NCBI GenBank assembly: GCA_951406725.2
Contig: OX597817.1
Location: 161,882,001 to 161,946,000, forward strand
Direction of reading: 5' to 3'
DNA length: 64,000 bases
DNA from: Octopus vulgaris
Taxonomy: Eukaryota
Both the position numbers and the translations under genes were made by a program. Shown piece after piece: positions 14,280 through 27,761 of the stretch (position 1 is the first letter of the stretch; every line of letters begins with the position of its first letter). The notes beneath the pieces are model-generated. The model ran no database searches, was not told the origin of the DNA, and was given only the letters and a program-made list of their open reading frames with translations.

Positions 14280-14485
14280 TTAATTATTTCGTTTTTGAAT
14301 TTGGTTTGCAAGATTCTTTATATGATTTCGTGTGTTGAAGCATATTCTGTTGTGTCTGGGGAGAGTCATTTTCTTTTTGTGCCTTATAATGTAACACACT
14401 CACCGGTAAAATTTCCACTTATTTCTTATTTTTATTTTCCTAAAATTTTCGTTGCGTCTTGCAACTTTTTCAATAGTCTTGACTT
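14280..14485 (-). mobile_element. Short repeat with hammerhead-like motif (U3:A8 core) followed by AATAAA; Penelope pLTR-like
   Basis: Minus 14440-14476 = CTA-TTGAAAA-A-GTTGC-aagac-GCAAC-GAAA-AT-TT-TAG. Confidence 0.5.
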
Positions 14486-14574
14486 TCTATTTTTAATTAA
14501 AATTTAAACTAAATTTAAAATTTTAGTGACAGAGTGTCACTTATGAGTGGATAGTTTAAAGCTTCTTCTTAAGG

Positions 14575-14750
14575 CGTCATAGGCCGGTTTTCCGCTGGAC
14601 TGGACACAAGTCTGTGGCAGGAATACTCGTTCTTGCCAGCTGAGTGAACTGGAGCAACATGAGATGTTTTCTGCACAAGAACACAAGATCCAAAAATCGA
14701 AACCACAATCTCGCGTCCAACGCCCTAACCACTAAACTACATTTCCTCCC
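14575..14750 (-). mobile_element. SINE family D (tRNA-like head + CTCCAGTTCACTCAGCTG core)
   Basis: Reverse complement matches the 53365-53612 copy. Confidence 0.7.
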
Positions 14751-14994
14751 AATTATATATATATATATCACACCACACTACACACTACTACACCTTACAC
14801 CACCATACCACACAACACACCACATCACAATACACCACCACGCACACATCAGCACTGACCACTTCCCTGACCCATATTTTCACACCTACACATGCACATG
14901 TCAAGATCACCAGCCCTCTTCCACAAGTACATACAAACTCTCTTATACACACGCACGCGCACATTCGTTTTGGGATCACCATCACTTTATTATC

Positions 14995-15625
<631 letters not shown>

Positions 15626-15627
15626 CA

Positions 15628-15675
<48 letters not shown>

Positions 15676-15879
15676 AGAAGGTTTTGTGGAAATTTCTTAT
15701 TTTATACGGATGCATAAATTTGCGGTTCACCATAACATTTATTTCATTATGTTAAGAATTTCGATTATGTCTTCGTCTTCTTTTCTCAGTTAAGGTTGTT
15801 TAAAGCGTAACGTTCAAATACCTGTACGAAGGCAAATAAAAACAAAAAGAGCAATATCATAAGTACTCTCTATGATATT

Positions 15880-16095
15880 GGTTTCAAATTTTGTCACAAG
15901 GCCAGAAACATCGGAGGAGGGCTTAAGTCGATTACATCGACCCCAGTGCACAACTGGTGCTTATTTTATCAACCCCCGGAAGGATGAAAAGCAAAGTCGA
16001 CTTCGGCGGTATTTGAACCCAGAACGTAAGGACGGACGGAATTCCGCTAAGCATTTTGCCCATCATGCTAACGATTCTACCATCTTACCGCCTTA
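15880..16095 (-). mobile_element. SINE family B-type copy
   Basis: AAGTCGATTACATCGACCCCAG...GGATGAAAAGCAAAGTCGAC. Confidence 0.8.
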
Positions 16096-16164
16096 GTATT
16101 CTCTATGATATTGACATAATGCCTTAAAGGAAGGGTACAGTCGATTAAATCTACTCTCAGTATT

Positions 16165-16358
16165 TGTCTGCGGCCATGCTGGAGCACCGCCTTTAGTCGA
16201 GCAAATCGACTCCAGGACTTATTCTTTGTAAGCCTAGTACTTATTCTATCGGTCTCTTTTACCGAACCGCTAAGTGACGGGACGTAAACACACCAGCATC
16301 GGTTGTCAAGCGATGTTGGGGGCACAAACACAGACACACAAACATATGCACATATACA

Positions 16359-16426
<68 letters not shown>

Positions 16427-16603
16427 CATACATATATACGACAGGTTTCTTTCAGTTTCCGTCTACCAAATCCACTCACAAGGCTTTGGTCGGCCCGAGG
16501 CTATAGTAGAAGACACTTGCCCAAGGTGCCACGCAGTGGGACTGAACCCGGAGCCATGTGGTTGGCAAGCAAACTACTTACCACACAGCCACTGCTGCGC
16601 CTA
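16165..16603 (-). mobile_element. SINE family A
   Basis: Reverse complement of the 1321 copy with internal (TA)n. Confidence 0.9.
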
Positions 16604-16899
16604 TAAAAATATAAACAACCGTAATCGATTTTTTTTCGAACCTTTTTGGGTTCTCATTAGAGGCGTTCATATCAACAATCGATGGCAAGATGAGCTGCTA
16701 TGGATTGCATTATCTCAAAGTGTATATGCATGAGACCGGGGACCACATGTGAAATTGTATTCCCATTGAAACAACTCAACAACAAATGACGACTACAGCT
16801 ACTGCGTCCGCGGTCAGCATTTATGAGGGACGCGGTGAACTCATTGGTCGAAGTCGACTCAACTCACTCAGGGTGAACATCGCAACAAGTACAAGAAAG

Positions 16900-17240
16900 T
16901 ACAAGTAAGCCCGAACATGTATCAAAATACCGCAGAGTATTTTGTGAGCAGAGACGACCTCCAAAACATTGTAACAACATCAAATGACAAAGGAATACCC
17001 CATGGAATCGTTATGAATATGAAGATAATAAAATCAATGGAAATTAGCCAGAAACCACGGTCACCCAAAACAAATATCACAATTGAGGGAGAGCCAGTTG
17101 ATTAGACACCAATGATATTATACCTGGAATATTTCCAATAAAAACAAAACGGTAAATATGAAAGTAAAAGCCGAAAGAAGCACTGAAATGACTAGACAGT
17201 CATTTGAAAAAATATTCCCAAACATACTATTATCAAGAAA
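16900..17240 (+). mobile_element. Degraded RTE-like RT fragment
   Basis: DDLQNIV...GIVMNMKIIKSMEIS...ITIEGEPVD*..YL resembles the post-YADD region of RTE RTs. Confidence 0.5.
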
Positions 17241-17249
17241 CATCAATAT

Positions 17250-17660
17250 GGCTTCAAAACTTGGCACAAGGCCAGCAATTTTAGGGAAAGGACAGTTGAT
17301 TATATCGACTCCAGTGCTCAACTGGTACTTATTTTATCGACCTTGAAAGGATGAAAGGCAAAGTCGACCTCCGCAATATTTGAACTCAGAACATAAAGAG
17401 AAGGAAGTAATGCCGATAAGCCTTTTGTCCGGTGTGTTAACGATTCTTATTTCTTTATTGCCAACAAGGGGCCAAACACAGAGGGGACAAACAAGGACAG
17501 ACAAAAGGATTAAGTCGATTACATCGTCCCCAGTACGTAACTGGTACTTAATTTATCGACCCCGAAAGGATGAAAGGCAAAGTCGACCTCGGCGGAATTT
17601 GAACTCAGAATGTAACGGCAGACGAAATACTGCTATGCATTTCTACCAGCTCACCTCCTT
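17250..17660 (-). mobile_element. SINE family B copies (nested)
   Basis: Two bodies with GAAAGGATGAAAGGCAAAGTCGACCTC. Confidence 0.82.
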
Positions 17661-17788
17661 TCAAGAAACATCTAATATTCTATGCGTTTCTGCTTGACTG
17701 TCTGTTTTGTCTGTGTGTTATGCTTACGCCAAGGGAGGTAATAACCCGAATGGAGAACTATATATTGAGAGGGAAAGAAGAGGGATGA

Positions 17789-17819
<31 letters not shown>

Positions 17820-18111
17820 ATGAGAGAGAGGGGCGGAGAAAATTTCTGTTATTTTGCATTTGTGCGTTCAAATTGCTGGCATAGTCGAAATGTAGGGAAA
17901 AAAATATCATGAAAATTTATAAATTCATGCCTTAAAAGATATATCGATAGATAGATAAATTAAAATGAAATAAGCTTAGTTAGCAAATAGCTGTGACTGT
18001 TACACTTTTATCTGTTGCTGTTCCAGACCAAAGGTTGTAGCCATTTTCCCATCTTTTAAATGTTATTTGGTTTAAATACTTATTGATATTATGAGAGTAG
18101 AAGACACAGAA

Positions 18112-18345
18112 AGGCGGCGAGCTGGCAGAAACGTTAGCACGCCGAGCGAAATGCGTAGCCGTATTTCGTCTGCCGCTACGTTCTGAGTTCAAATTCCGCC
18201 GAGGTTGACTTTGCCTTTCATCCTTTCGGTGTCGATAAATTAAGTACCAGTTACGCACTGGGGTCGAGGCAATCGACTTAATCCGTTTGTCTGTCCCTGT
18301 TTGTCCCCCTCTGTGTGTAGCCCCTTGTGGACAGTACAGAAATAA
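18112..18345 (+). mobile_element. SINE family B with target-site duplication
   Basis: Full head-to-tail copy flanked by AGAAGACACAGA on both sides. Confidence 0.92.
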
Positions 18346-18510
18346 GAAGACACAGAAAGGAATGCAGATAGAAAGATATATTAATAGATATATAAATATA
18401 TATGTAGCTGAACTGAACAGAAATGAAAAAAGAAATGAAAATATTCTGAATTCGTAAATAACTTTTTTACAGAGCCTTGGTAGTGGTTGGACAACGAAAA
18501 GTGCATTTTC

Positions 18511-18595
<85 letters not shown>

Positions 18596-19259
18596 TTTTT
18601 TTTTTAAATATAAATATATGAAAGAATTGAGTTGAACGACGAATTAACAAAATTCCTTTGTTTTGTTCAAACTAAAACGTGTCTTCTCTTATGTGAATTT
18701 GCTACCCAGGTATCGGTTAACCGAATTATCCATAACAAGATAATTCATTCAACTACTCAAATATGTATGTATGTATGTATACATATACACACATGCACAC
18801 ACACACATTTATACACACACACATATATATATGAATATATAAGAATAAGTTGAATCATTTTAATTCATCTATTATTTCCATAAACTATAAAACACAATAT
18901 TTTTTCAAATATATTAAAAGAAGAAGGAAAATAAGCAATAAGCTGAAAGTTTCTGTATAGCTCAAGGCTAGCAAGTAGAGTTGTTATGAATACGAATATA
19001 AATCAAAATTGAAAGGTGTGAAACGAGTAAAATCCAGCCTGCATATGTTTCTTGGGTAGTTGATACTTTTTAGTTGTAGCAATTATTCAACGAGGACTAC
19101 TCCGCTTAGCTAATCATCAGGCCGAGAATAGATGAAGGTTACGTTGTCATTTGGAATTTCCAAGACGGCTCACCGCAGATGTGAATTGAAATGAATTAGG
19201 AAGTTGGAAGAACAGAATTAGAACATCACAGGATCTGTAACCTTCAATTTGAATATATA

Positions 19260-19660
19260 TCTATATATATAAAAGTGAAGTTGTGTGAGTGTCTGTCTCC
19301 TACGATTTAGATTCCTAACTACTCCCACATTTTGCGGTGCAGTTTAACCAAAGGCGGGTATCTTATAGTCGTGATTCATATCGAGCCCTTCTGGGTATTA
19401 GCGCGCGTCTACGATGAGTCTACGATTTAAAAAAAAAATTACCATCATTTTTTTCCATTTTAATGCATTTTTTCGCTATTATATAAGGGAAGTAACTCTC
19501 TAAAAATGTCTACGATGAGTCAACGATTTAAAAAAAATTTACCATCATTTGTTTTCCATTTTTAATGCATTTTTTTGCTATTTTTTGGCTATAACTCTCT
19601 AAAAATGCTTATATAGTTATTTCCCTTACAAACCCGAGCAACGCCGGGCGATACTGCTAG
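19260..19660 (+). mobile_element. Non-autonomous Helitron
   Basis: A|TC 5' start (TCTATATATATAAAAG), subterminal GC hairpin CCCGAGCAACGCCGGG, CTAG|T 3' end, no TSD; internal ~105-bp duplication. Confidence 0.85.
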
Positions 19661-19944
19661 TTATATTATATACGATTGGATTCAACACAGTTTCCGTCTG
19701 CCAGATTCACCCACAAAGCAATGGTCGGTCCGAAGCTATAGTAGAAGACACTTGTCCAAGGTGCCACGCAGTGGGACTGAACCCGAAATGATGTGGATGC
19801 AAAGCGAGTTTCTTAACCGTATAGAGTGAGAATTTCTATAAGACTAAAACATGTTTAAAAGTGTGTGTGTGTGTGTGTGTGCGAGGGCGCGCGCTAGTGT
19901 TCGTATACGCCTTTGTGTGTGTGTGTGCGTGTGTATGTACGAAT

Positions 19945-20820
19945 GTGGTCCCAGTCTTGGATGAACCTTGAAGCTAATGTTAAGGTCGTTTGGGCAAAGT
20001 TGGCGGTATATTCTCCACATCGTACAAATGATGTACTGCTCACGGCGACGCTGGAGGGAGTAAAGTTTCAAGGCTTTAAGGCGATCCCAATAATCGAGAG
20101 CAGTCATACCTTCAATTCGTTTAGTGAGTGCCCTCTGGGGTGACTCAATCCTGGAGATGTTTTGTCTTGTATGGGGAGACCACAGTGGACAGCAGTATTC
20201 AAGGAACTCATCCTACGAGCTATATCGATCTTCTTGTTGATGTGTGCACTCCAACTGAGATCGTCATCAACAATTACACCCAGGTCCCTGATATTGTTGG
20301 AGGTTGTGAGCGGTTCCCCTGAAGGAAGAGAGTATGGTTGTTTTAGTGAGGAATTTCTTCCAAAATGCATCAGCTCAAATTTTCCCTCATTCAGTTCCAT
20401 TTTGTTTCTGTCTGCCCATTGACTCACAGCATATAGATCAGACTGGAGTTGAGTTCGGCCTGCTTCTTCATTGACGATTTGCTGGAGCTTCGTGTCATCA
20501 GCAAATATTTTCACTTTGCAGTAATGTACGACACTGGAAAGGTCGTTTATGTAAATTATGAAGAGTAGCGGACCTAAAACAGTCCCCTGGGGAACACCGC
20601 TGGTGACTTTTGCTGGGCTTGAGTGGACTCCATCAACTACAACATGTTGTGTTCTATTCGCCAGGAAATACTTAATCCAGTGTAGAACTTTTCCACGGAT
20701 TCCAACGTTTGCCAATTTTGAGAGTAGGATATTATGGTCTACCCTGTCGAACGCTTTACTGAAGTCAAGATATATGACGTCAGAGTTCGAACCTGTTCCC
20801 AAGGCTTTGAGTACATCTTC
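19945..20820 (-). mobile_element. CR1-group LINE RT fragment (truncated, internal deletion)
   Basis: DVIYLDFSKAFDRVDH, SGVPQGTVLGPLLF, IFADD, DLGV, YSLQRRREQY; related to the 33735 element. Confidence 0.92.
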
Positions 20821-20849
20821 ATATATATATATATATATATATATGGGCA

Positions 20850-21242
<393 letters not shown>

Positions 21243-21937
21243 GTATATATATATGTATGCCTATGCATACATACAATGATATATGTTTACACACACAAAC
21301 ATACATACACGAACATATACATGTACATTTATATACATATATATATATATAAATACACATACACACATATACACATATACCCACACACAATCACACCCAC
21401 TCATATACTGTTCTATATATGTGTGTACGTGTGTATATGCATGTGTATTTGTGTGTGTTTTATAGCTTTGTTATAGGAAGTCAATAGAAATAATTAGAAC
21501 AGGCTCCTGTTATATTGTTATTATTAACAATTATGTCTTTGTACAGGGTATACGCGCGTGTGTGTGTGTGTGCGTGCATGTATGTGTGTATATACATGTA
21601 TATATATGTGTGTATGTGTCTATCTGGGTGGGTGTGTCAGTTTGTGTTTTTAATAGTATGTGTTGATGTGTCTATATATGTGTGTGTGTATGTGTATGTA
21701 TGTGAGCGTGTGTATGTATGCGAGTGGGTGTGTGTGTGTGTGTATGTATGTGTGTATGTATGTGTGTAAGTACATATATATGTGTGTGTGTATGTGTCTG
21801 TTTGGGTGGGCGTGTCAGTGTGTGTTTTTAATATGTATGCGTTGAAGTGTTTATATATATATGTGTGTATGTGTATGTGTGTGCATGTGTATGTGTGTGT
21901 ACGTGTGTGTGCGTGTGTGTATGTATATCCGTGCGTT

Positions 21938-21978
<41 letters not shown>

Positions 21979-22047
21979 ACGTGTCTTTCTGTGGCGGTCG
22001 TTATTGTTCAGTGAAATGTGATACTGGTTGATGGTATTCTCTTGGAG

Positions 22048-22232
22048 ATGGTGGTTGTGGTGGTGGTGGACGTGGTGGTGGTGGTGATGGTGGTGGTAGT
22101 GGTGGTGGTGTTGGTTGTGGTGGTGGTGGTGGTGGTGGTGGAGGTGGTGGTAGTGGTGGTGGTGGTAGTTGTGGTGGTGGTGGTGGTGGTGGTGGTGTTG
22201 GTGGTGGTGGTGGTGGTGGTGGTGGTGGTGGT
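22048..22232. repeat. (GGT)n microsatellite
   Basis: Direct reading; explains the poly-P/T/V ORFs. Confidence 0.97.
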
Positions 22233-22510
22233 GCTAAGGAAGGAGGTATTGAGAAATGCAGACAACAACAACAACAACAACAACAACAGCAACAACAATG
22301 CAATAAAATAAATGAGACAAGTCACGAGCCAACAGAAAAGGCTCTTCGTGGCCATTTGACCTGCTAGAAATAGTTAGTCAATTCTTCAAATAGCAGATTT
22401 AATGTCTTGACTGTATGGAAGTCACAGATACATATAGTCCTAGATGCACTTATCTGAAAGAAGAAAAATAATGTAATGAAGGTCACAACTGGAACGCTTT
22501 TTAACAGAGG

Positions 22511-22822
22511 CGTTGTGAGTGTTTATTGAGCGAAAACACCTAAAAGCTCCACGACGCTCCGGCAGGGGGTGGTGGTGATCCCTGCTGTACTCTTTCACCA
22601 CAACTTTCTCTCACGCTTACTTCCTGCTTCTGTTGTAGCTGTATTTCAAAGGACCGGCCTTGTCACTCTCTGTGTCACGCTGAATATCCCCGAGAATTAC
22701 GTTAAGGGTGCACGTGTCTGTGGAGTGCTCAGCCACTTACACGTTAATTTCACGAGCAGGCTGTTCCGTTGATTCGGATCAACCGGAACCCTTGTTGTCG
22801 TAACCGACGAAGTGCCTCCAAG
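22511..22822 (+). mobile_element. SINE family C, 5'-truncated
   Basis: Matches the body and tail of the 51089-51470 copy. Confidence 0.9.
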
Positions 22823-22961
22823 AAGTCTGAAAAAAAAAAAAAAAAAAATGTCATGAAGGTCACAACTGGAACGCTTTTTAACAGAGGTGTTCGCGATAAG
22901 AGTTGACCTGTGGCCAAATAGCAACACCACTTCCGGCATCAAAAACAACAACAGCAGCAGT

Positions 22962-23150
22962 GGAGGCGCAATGGCCCAGTGGTTAGGGCAGCGGACTCGC
23001 GGTCGTAAGAACGCGGTTTCGATTCCCAGACCGGCCATTGTGAGTGTTTATTGAGCAAAAACAGCTAAGTTCCACGAGGCTCCGGCGGGGTGATAGTGGG
23101 GAACCCCGCTGTACTCTTTCACCACAACTTTCTCTCACTATTTCTTCCTA
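22962..23150 (+). mobile_element. SINE family C, 5' part (tRNA-like head)
   Basis: GGAGGCGCAATGGCCCAGTGGTTAGGGCAGCGGACTCGCGGTC...GGTTTCGATTCCC. Confidence 0.88.
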
Positions 23151-23639
23151 CTTCTGCCACAAAGCAGAGGAACCATTGTGTAGCCCACTATGGTGTGGTA
23201 AACTTTCAGACCCTAGTCTAGATTGCGAATCCTCTGTAACCCAGGATGGTTCAGCTCTCCACCCGTTAAAAGCCACCGTTTACGGAATGAGGATAACAAC
23301 GTAGCTTTCGCGCCCGTGCAACCGCCAGTCTTTCGCGTGTGGTGGGTGGATCTTCAAGTTGCCATACGCATTCTTAGTAGCTTAGAGTAGGCTCGAATTA
23401 GAGAGTATCCTTTGTGACTAATGGCGTGAGTCCTGACTGGAAGAAGAAGACAGCGGTAACAGCAACAACAACAACAATACTAGCACCACCTCCACTTTCA
23501 ATAACGTAAGAGCGGATCAAACGACAAGGCATCTCTATGCGGTTGTCTGACCTGCTATAAATAGAAACCAAATTCCCTCAAATTGCACACTTTTTTCTTA
23601 GAAAAGGAAGGACACTTTAAGTAATAGACGGCTTTACTC

Positions 23640-23901
23640 TCACTCGAGGCAGCAGCTGCGAGATGAAAGGAGGGACCTTGTGACAGAGCCCGCAGTAGAT
23701 GGCTGGACGCTATTGGGGGAGATCTCTAGAGACTTGACATTACTTTGGAGGCAGAGGAACTGGCAAAAGGGCTGGCAGAGGGCAGCCAGCGCTGTAGAGC
23801 ACTGGTGGACCTGGTCGGCTCTACGCATAACGACGTCTCTGGGACCACTAAACTGGAATAACCCCAGTCCCATGAAGAAAGAGCATAAAGCAAGCAAGCA
23901 A

Positions 23902-23902
<1 letters not shown>
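23640..23902 (+). mobile_element. RTE-like LINE 3' end with (GCAA)n tail
   Basis: RARSRWLDAIGGDL*RLDI...LA...RALV resembles the RTE C-terminus. Confidence 0.6.
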
Positions 23903-23956
<54 letters not shown>

Positions 23957-23981
23957 TATGTATGTATGTATGTGTTGATGT

Positions 23982-24026
<45 letters not shown>

Positions 24027-24159
24027 ATGTATGTATGTATGTATGTCTGTATGTCTGTGTGTACGTGTATGTGTGAGTGTGTGTTTGTATGTCCGTGCGT
24101 TTGTGTGTGCGTTTGTGTGTGTGTGTGTGTGCGTGTGTGTGCGCGCGCATATGTTCGCC

Positions 24160-24324
24160 ATGATAGATCGCTAGCCACTACATATTCCTTATTTTCTCTC
24201 CTTGTGTCTTTCTGTGGAAGAGCGTAGGCTCAAAACATTAAAGACTTTTTCACTTCCCAAACGTTATACTAATACATCTGTTTGTTGTCTACACAACTTG
24301 TCTTCGTCTTTCGTCGTTTTTTTT

Positions 24325-24325
<1 letters not shown>
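24160..24325 (+). mobile_element. Penelope pLTR-like short repeat with decayed hammerhead-like motif
   Basis: CATGATAGATCGCTAGCCACTAC...CTTT-CTGTGGA-A-GAGC-gtag-GCTC-aAAACa; same family as 55710-55892. Confidence 0.65.
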
Positions 24326-24358
<33 letters not shown>

Positions 24359-24646
24359 ATCAATAATTAAGGGTAAAATCAATTAGTTATTAATTAATTT
24401 CACCAAGTAGTGTTCAGTATGTAAAAGGACCATTCAAGTCGTATTCAAAATATTACTTTATATAATTAAGGGCTCAGTAAAATAATTTACTTTGCCACAT
24501 ACCGAAATTTATAGAAATAGCAGCCAAAAAGAAAATTTCTTTAGCCATTTCTACTACTTTAAGAAGAATCTCCCTGAAAGTGCTTACTCAAAAATTATTC
24601 ACGTAGATATGGAGGGAAAACAACAAAATATCACATGTACAATGTA

Positions 24647-24695
<49 letters not shown>

Positions 24696-24721
24696 AGTAT
24701 ATATATATAAAGTAGTATATA

Positions 24722-24751
<30 letters not shown>

Positions 24752-24754
<3 letters not shown>

Positions 24755-24975
24755 TCTACAAAATTAGAAAATGGAGAAACATACTTAAATCAATCAAACA
24801 TCAACCAACAGGTGATACCCAATCAATACTTTATTACACCATTACATAATAGTAAAGGCATTATACAAATATTTTGTAAATATAATTAGACAAGGAAATA
24901 GAAATATAAAAAATAAAATATAATATGTAATTATATCATATCTAACAGCTGTTTCGGTAGTAAGGGCAATCATGC

Positions 24976-24980
<5 letters not shown>
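24752..24980 (-). mobile_element. (TA)n-flanked short element with truncated hammerhead-like motif
   Basis: Minus ...ATGA-GG...CC-GAAA-CAGCTG-TT, downstream AATAAA. Confidence 0.45.
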
Positions 24981-25053
<73 letters not shown>

Positions 25054-25302
25054 CATATATACATATACACATATATACATATATGTATGTATGCATACAT
25101 AAATGAGTGTCTTTGTGTTTGTTTCCCTACCACTACCTATTCCTTTCTTTACGTCCACGTAAGCTTGCGATTCGGCAAAAGCAACCTATAGAACAAGTAC
25201 TGGACTTTTAAAAAAAAGTACTGAGGTCGATATGTTTGACTAAAATACTTTAAGCCCGCAGCATCGCCGCAGTCCAATGACTGAAATAAAGAAAATATAC
25301 AA

Positions 25303-25642
25303 ATGTATGTATGTATGTATGTATGTATGTATGTATGTATGTATGTATGTATGTATGTATGTATGTATGTATGTATGTATGTATGTATGTATGTATGTAG
25401 GTATGTATGTAGGTATGTATGTATGTATGCATGCATGTATGTATGTATGTATGTATGTATGTATGTATGTATGTATGTATGTATGTATGTATGTATGTAT
25501 GTATGTATGTATGTATGTATGTAGGTATGTATGTAGGTATGTATGTAGGTATGTATGTATGCATGCATGCATGTATGTATGTATGTATGTATGTATGTAT
25601 GTATGTATGTATGTATGTATGTATGTATGTATGTATGTATGT
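25303..25642. repeat. (TATG)n microsatellite
   Basis: Direct reading. Confidence 0.97.
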
Positions 25643-26054
25643 AGCGAGTGAGGATTCGTAACCTAATCCACATTTTCCCCACAAGTCCTCGGCCAACTGT
25701 TCTAGCCTTTTGCACCAAGAGATTAATGAGAATAAACTGACATTGTAAACCTTTTTGAATTATTCACGGAGTAAACATGATATAGACGAAGAATCCCTTT
25801 GTTTAGACTTCACCAAATTTAGTTACGAAGAATATAAATACACGAGCTAAATTGTTTTCTGTCTCTTCGGTCATTCGGCACCTACCAAAGAGCATACATC
25901 TATCTTTCTTAATCCTTCTGGTACCAACGGAGATGCAGAGCACCTATACGTGTGGGACAACACACTGCTTATACTCTCTACTTACCCAGACTCTGTTACT
26001 CTGTCTCTTTTTAGTTGTCACTCAGAGATTAAGTTACCTCCAATGCACAATGGG

Positions 26055-26418
26055 AGGGAAGGAAAGCACTCCGTCGGTTACGACGACGAGGGTTCCGGTT
26101 GATCCGACCAACGGAATAGCCTGCTCGTGAAATTAACGTGTAAGTGGCTGAGCACTCCACAGACACGTGTACCCTTAACGTAGTTCTCGGGGATATTCAG
26201 CGTGACACAGAGAGTGACAAGGCCGGCCCCTTGAAACACAGGTACAACAGAAACAGGAAGAAAGAGTGAGAGAAAGTTGTGGTGAAAGAGTACAGCAGGG
26301 ATCACCACCATCCCTGCCGGAGCCTCGTGGAGCTTTTAGGTGTTTTCGCTCAATAAACACTCACAACGCCCGGTCTGGGAATCGAAACCGCGATCCTATC
26401 CACTGGGCCATTGCGCCT
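26055..26418 (-). mobile_element. SINE family C with TSD CCAATGCACAATGG
   Basis: Reverse complement of family C; duplicated flank. Confidence 0.9.
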
Positions 26419-26480
26419 CCAATGCACAATGGACAATAACACTGAAAACATTATGTGTACTACAACTCGTAACGATTAAC

Positions 26481-27087
26481 GTGAAGGCGCATGGCTCAAT
26501 GATTAGAGCGTCAGGCTCACAATCATGAGGTAGTAAGTTCGATTCCCAGACCAGACTGTGTGTTGTGTTCTTGAACAAGACATTTTATTTTCACGTTGCT
26601 CCAGTTCACTCAGCTGTAGAAATGAGTTGCGACATCATGGGTACCAAACACTATCGACCTTTTTTTCTTTCTTTATTACCCACAAGGGGCTAAACACAGA
26701 GGGGACAAACAAAGACAGACATAGGTATTAAGTCAATTACATCGACCCCAGTGCGTAACTGGTACTTAATTTATCGACCCCGAAAGGATGAAAGGCAAAG
26801 TCGACCTCGGCGGAATTTGAACTCAGAACGTAACGGCAGACGAAATACGGCTACGCATTTCGCCCGGCGTGCTAACGTTTCTGCCAGCTCGCCGCCCTCT
26901 ATCGACCTTTGCCTTTCCCTTGGATAACATGGGTGGCGGGGAGAGGGGTGGCTGATATGCATGGGTGACTGCTAGCCTTCCATAAACAACCTAGTCCGGA
27001 CTTGTGCTTCAGAGGAAAACTTTCCGGGTGCAATTCCATGGTCATTCATGAATGACCATGGAATTGCACCCGGAAAGTTACTTGTTT
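26481..27087 (+). mobile_element. SINE family D with nested SINE B (26665-26897, minus) and foldback 3' end
   Basis: tRNA-like head GAAGGCGCATGGCTC...GTTCGATTCCC; TSD TAACGATTAAC. Confidence 0.8.
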
Positions 27088-27365
27088 TAACGATTAACAT
27101 AATAATCATGTTAAATAAATTGCCATCTTGATAATTAATTAATATTGTTCTTCACTCATTCATTCATCCGATGTAATATTATTGTTACAAACTGATGATC
27201 GACTATCATATTTTCATTACGCATGCAAAAATTGTACATCTTTTGAACCAGTTATGGAAAAAACGTTACATTCGATTTAAAGCAATTATATCAGCTAAAT
27301 ATCACTATAACATTTTCAGAGAATCCGAAGTCATTAAACAGTTAAATCCTACCTTTTAAAACTTA

Positions 27366-27761
27366 CTAGCAGTATCGCCCGGTGTTGCTCGGGTTTGTTT
27401 CGACCCTTTAGAATTGGAATTTTTGAAAAGCAAAAATTTTGCATTATGTAGCTTGTTATTCTCTTTAAGTGAACATTTTTCTGGTTGAAATACACCGAAA
27501 AATGGCGACACTGCAGTAAAAAAAATCGTAAAAAATAGAGATTTTCATAGAAAAAAAAGCACTTTTTTGATGTAAATAATTTTTGGTGTTAACATGGTCC
27601 GATTTGAATTTTTTCTTCTACGGAAGGAAGAGCAAGCCTTCTTCTATCATACTCTCAATTTTGGTCAACTTGCGCCCCGCAGGGTCTCGGAGGAGATAGT
27701 GTTAGTTGAAGGCTACCAAACCTGCCACACACAGACAACTTCAGCTTTATATATACAGAGA
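27366..27761 (-). mobile_element. Non-autonomous Helitron
   Basis: Minus strand starts A|TCTCTGTATATATAAAGCTGAAGTTG and ends CCCGAGCAACACCGGGCGATACTGCTAG|T. Confidence 0.85.

Larger units (their letters stand above)
25659..27227 (+). repeat. Local duplication, copy A (with SINE insertions)
   Basis: Collinear with 29768-30611 once the SINEs are removed. Confidence 0.85.

Noticed and set aside
18615-18760. Possible relative of the 20.9 kb long-stem-II element
   Set aside because: Only the GAGTTGAACGA segment is clearly similar; core and GAAA are not recognisable.
24355-24560. Possible further hammerhead variant (GTGTTCA-GTATGT...ACATACC-GAAA)
   Set aside because: Stems I and III cannot be closed; too degenerate to support.
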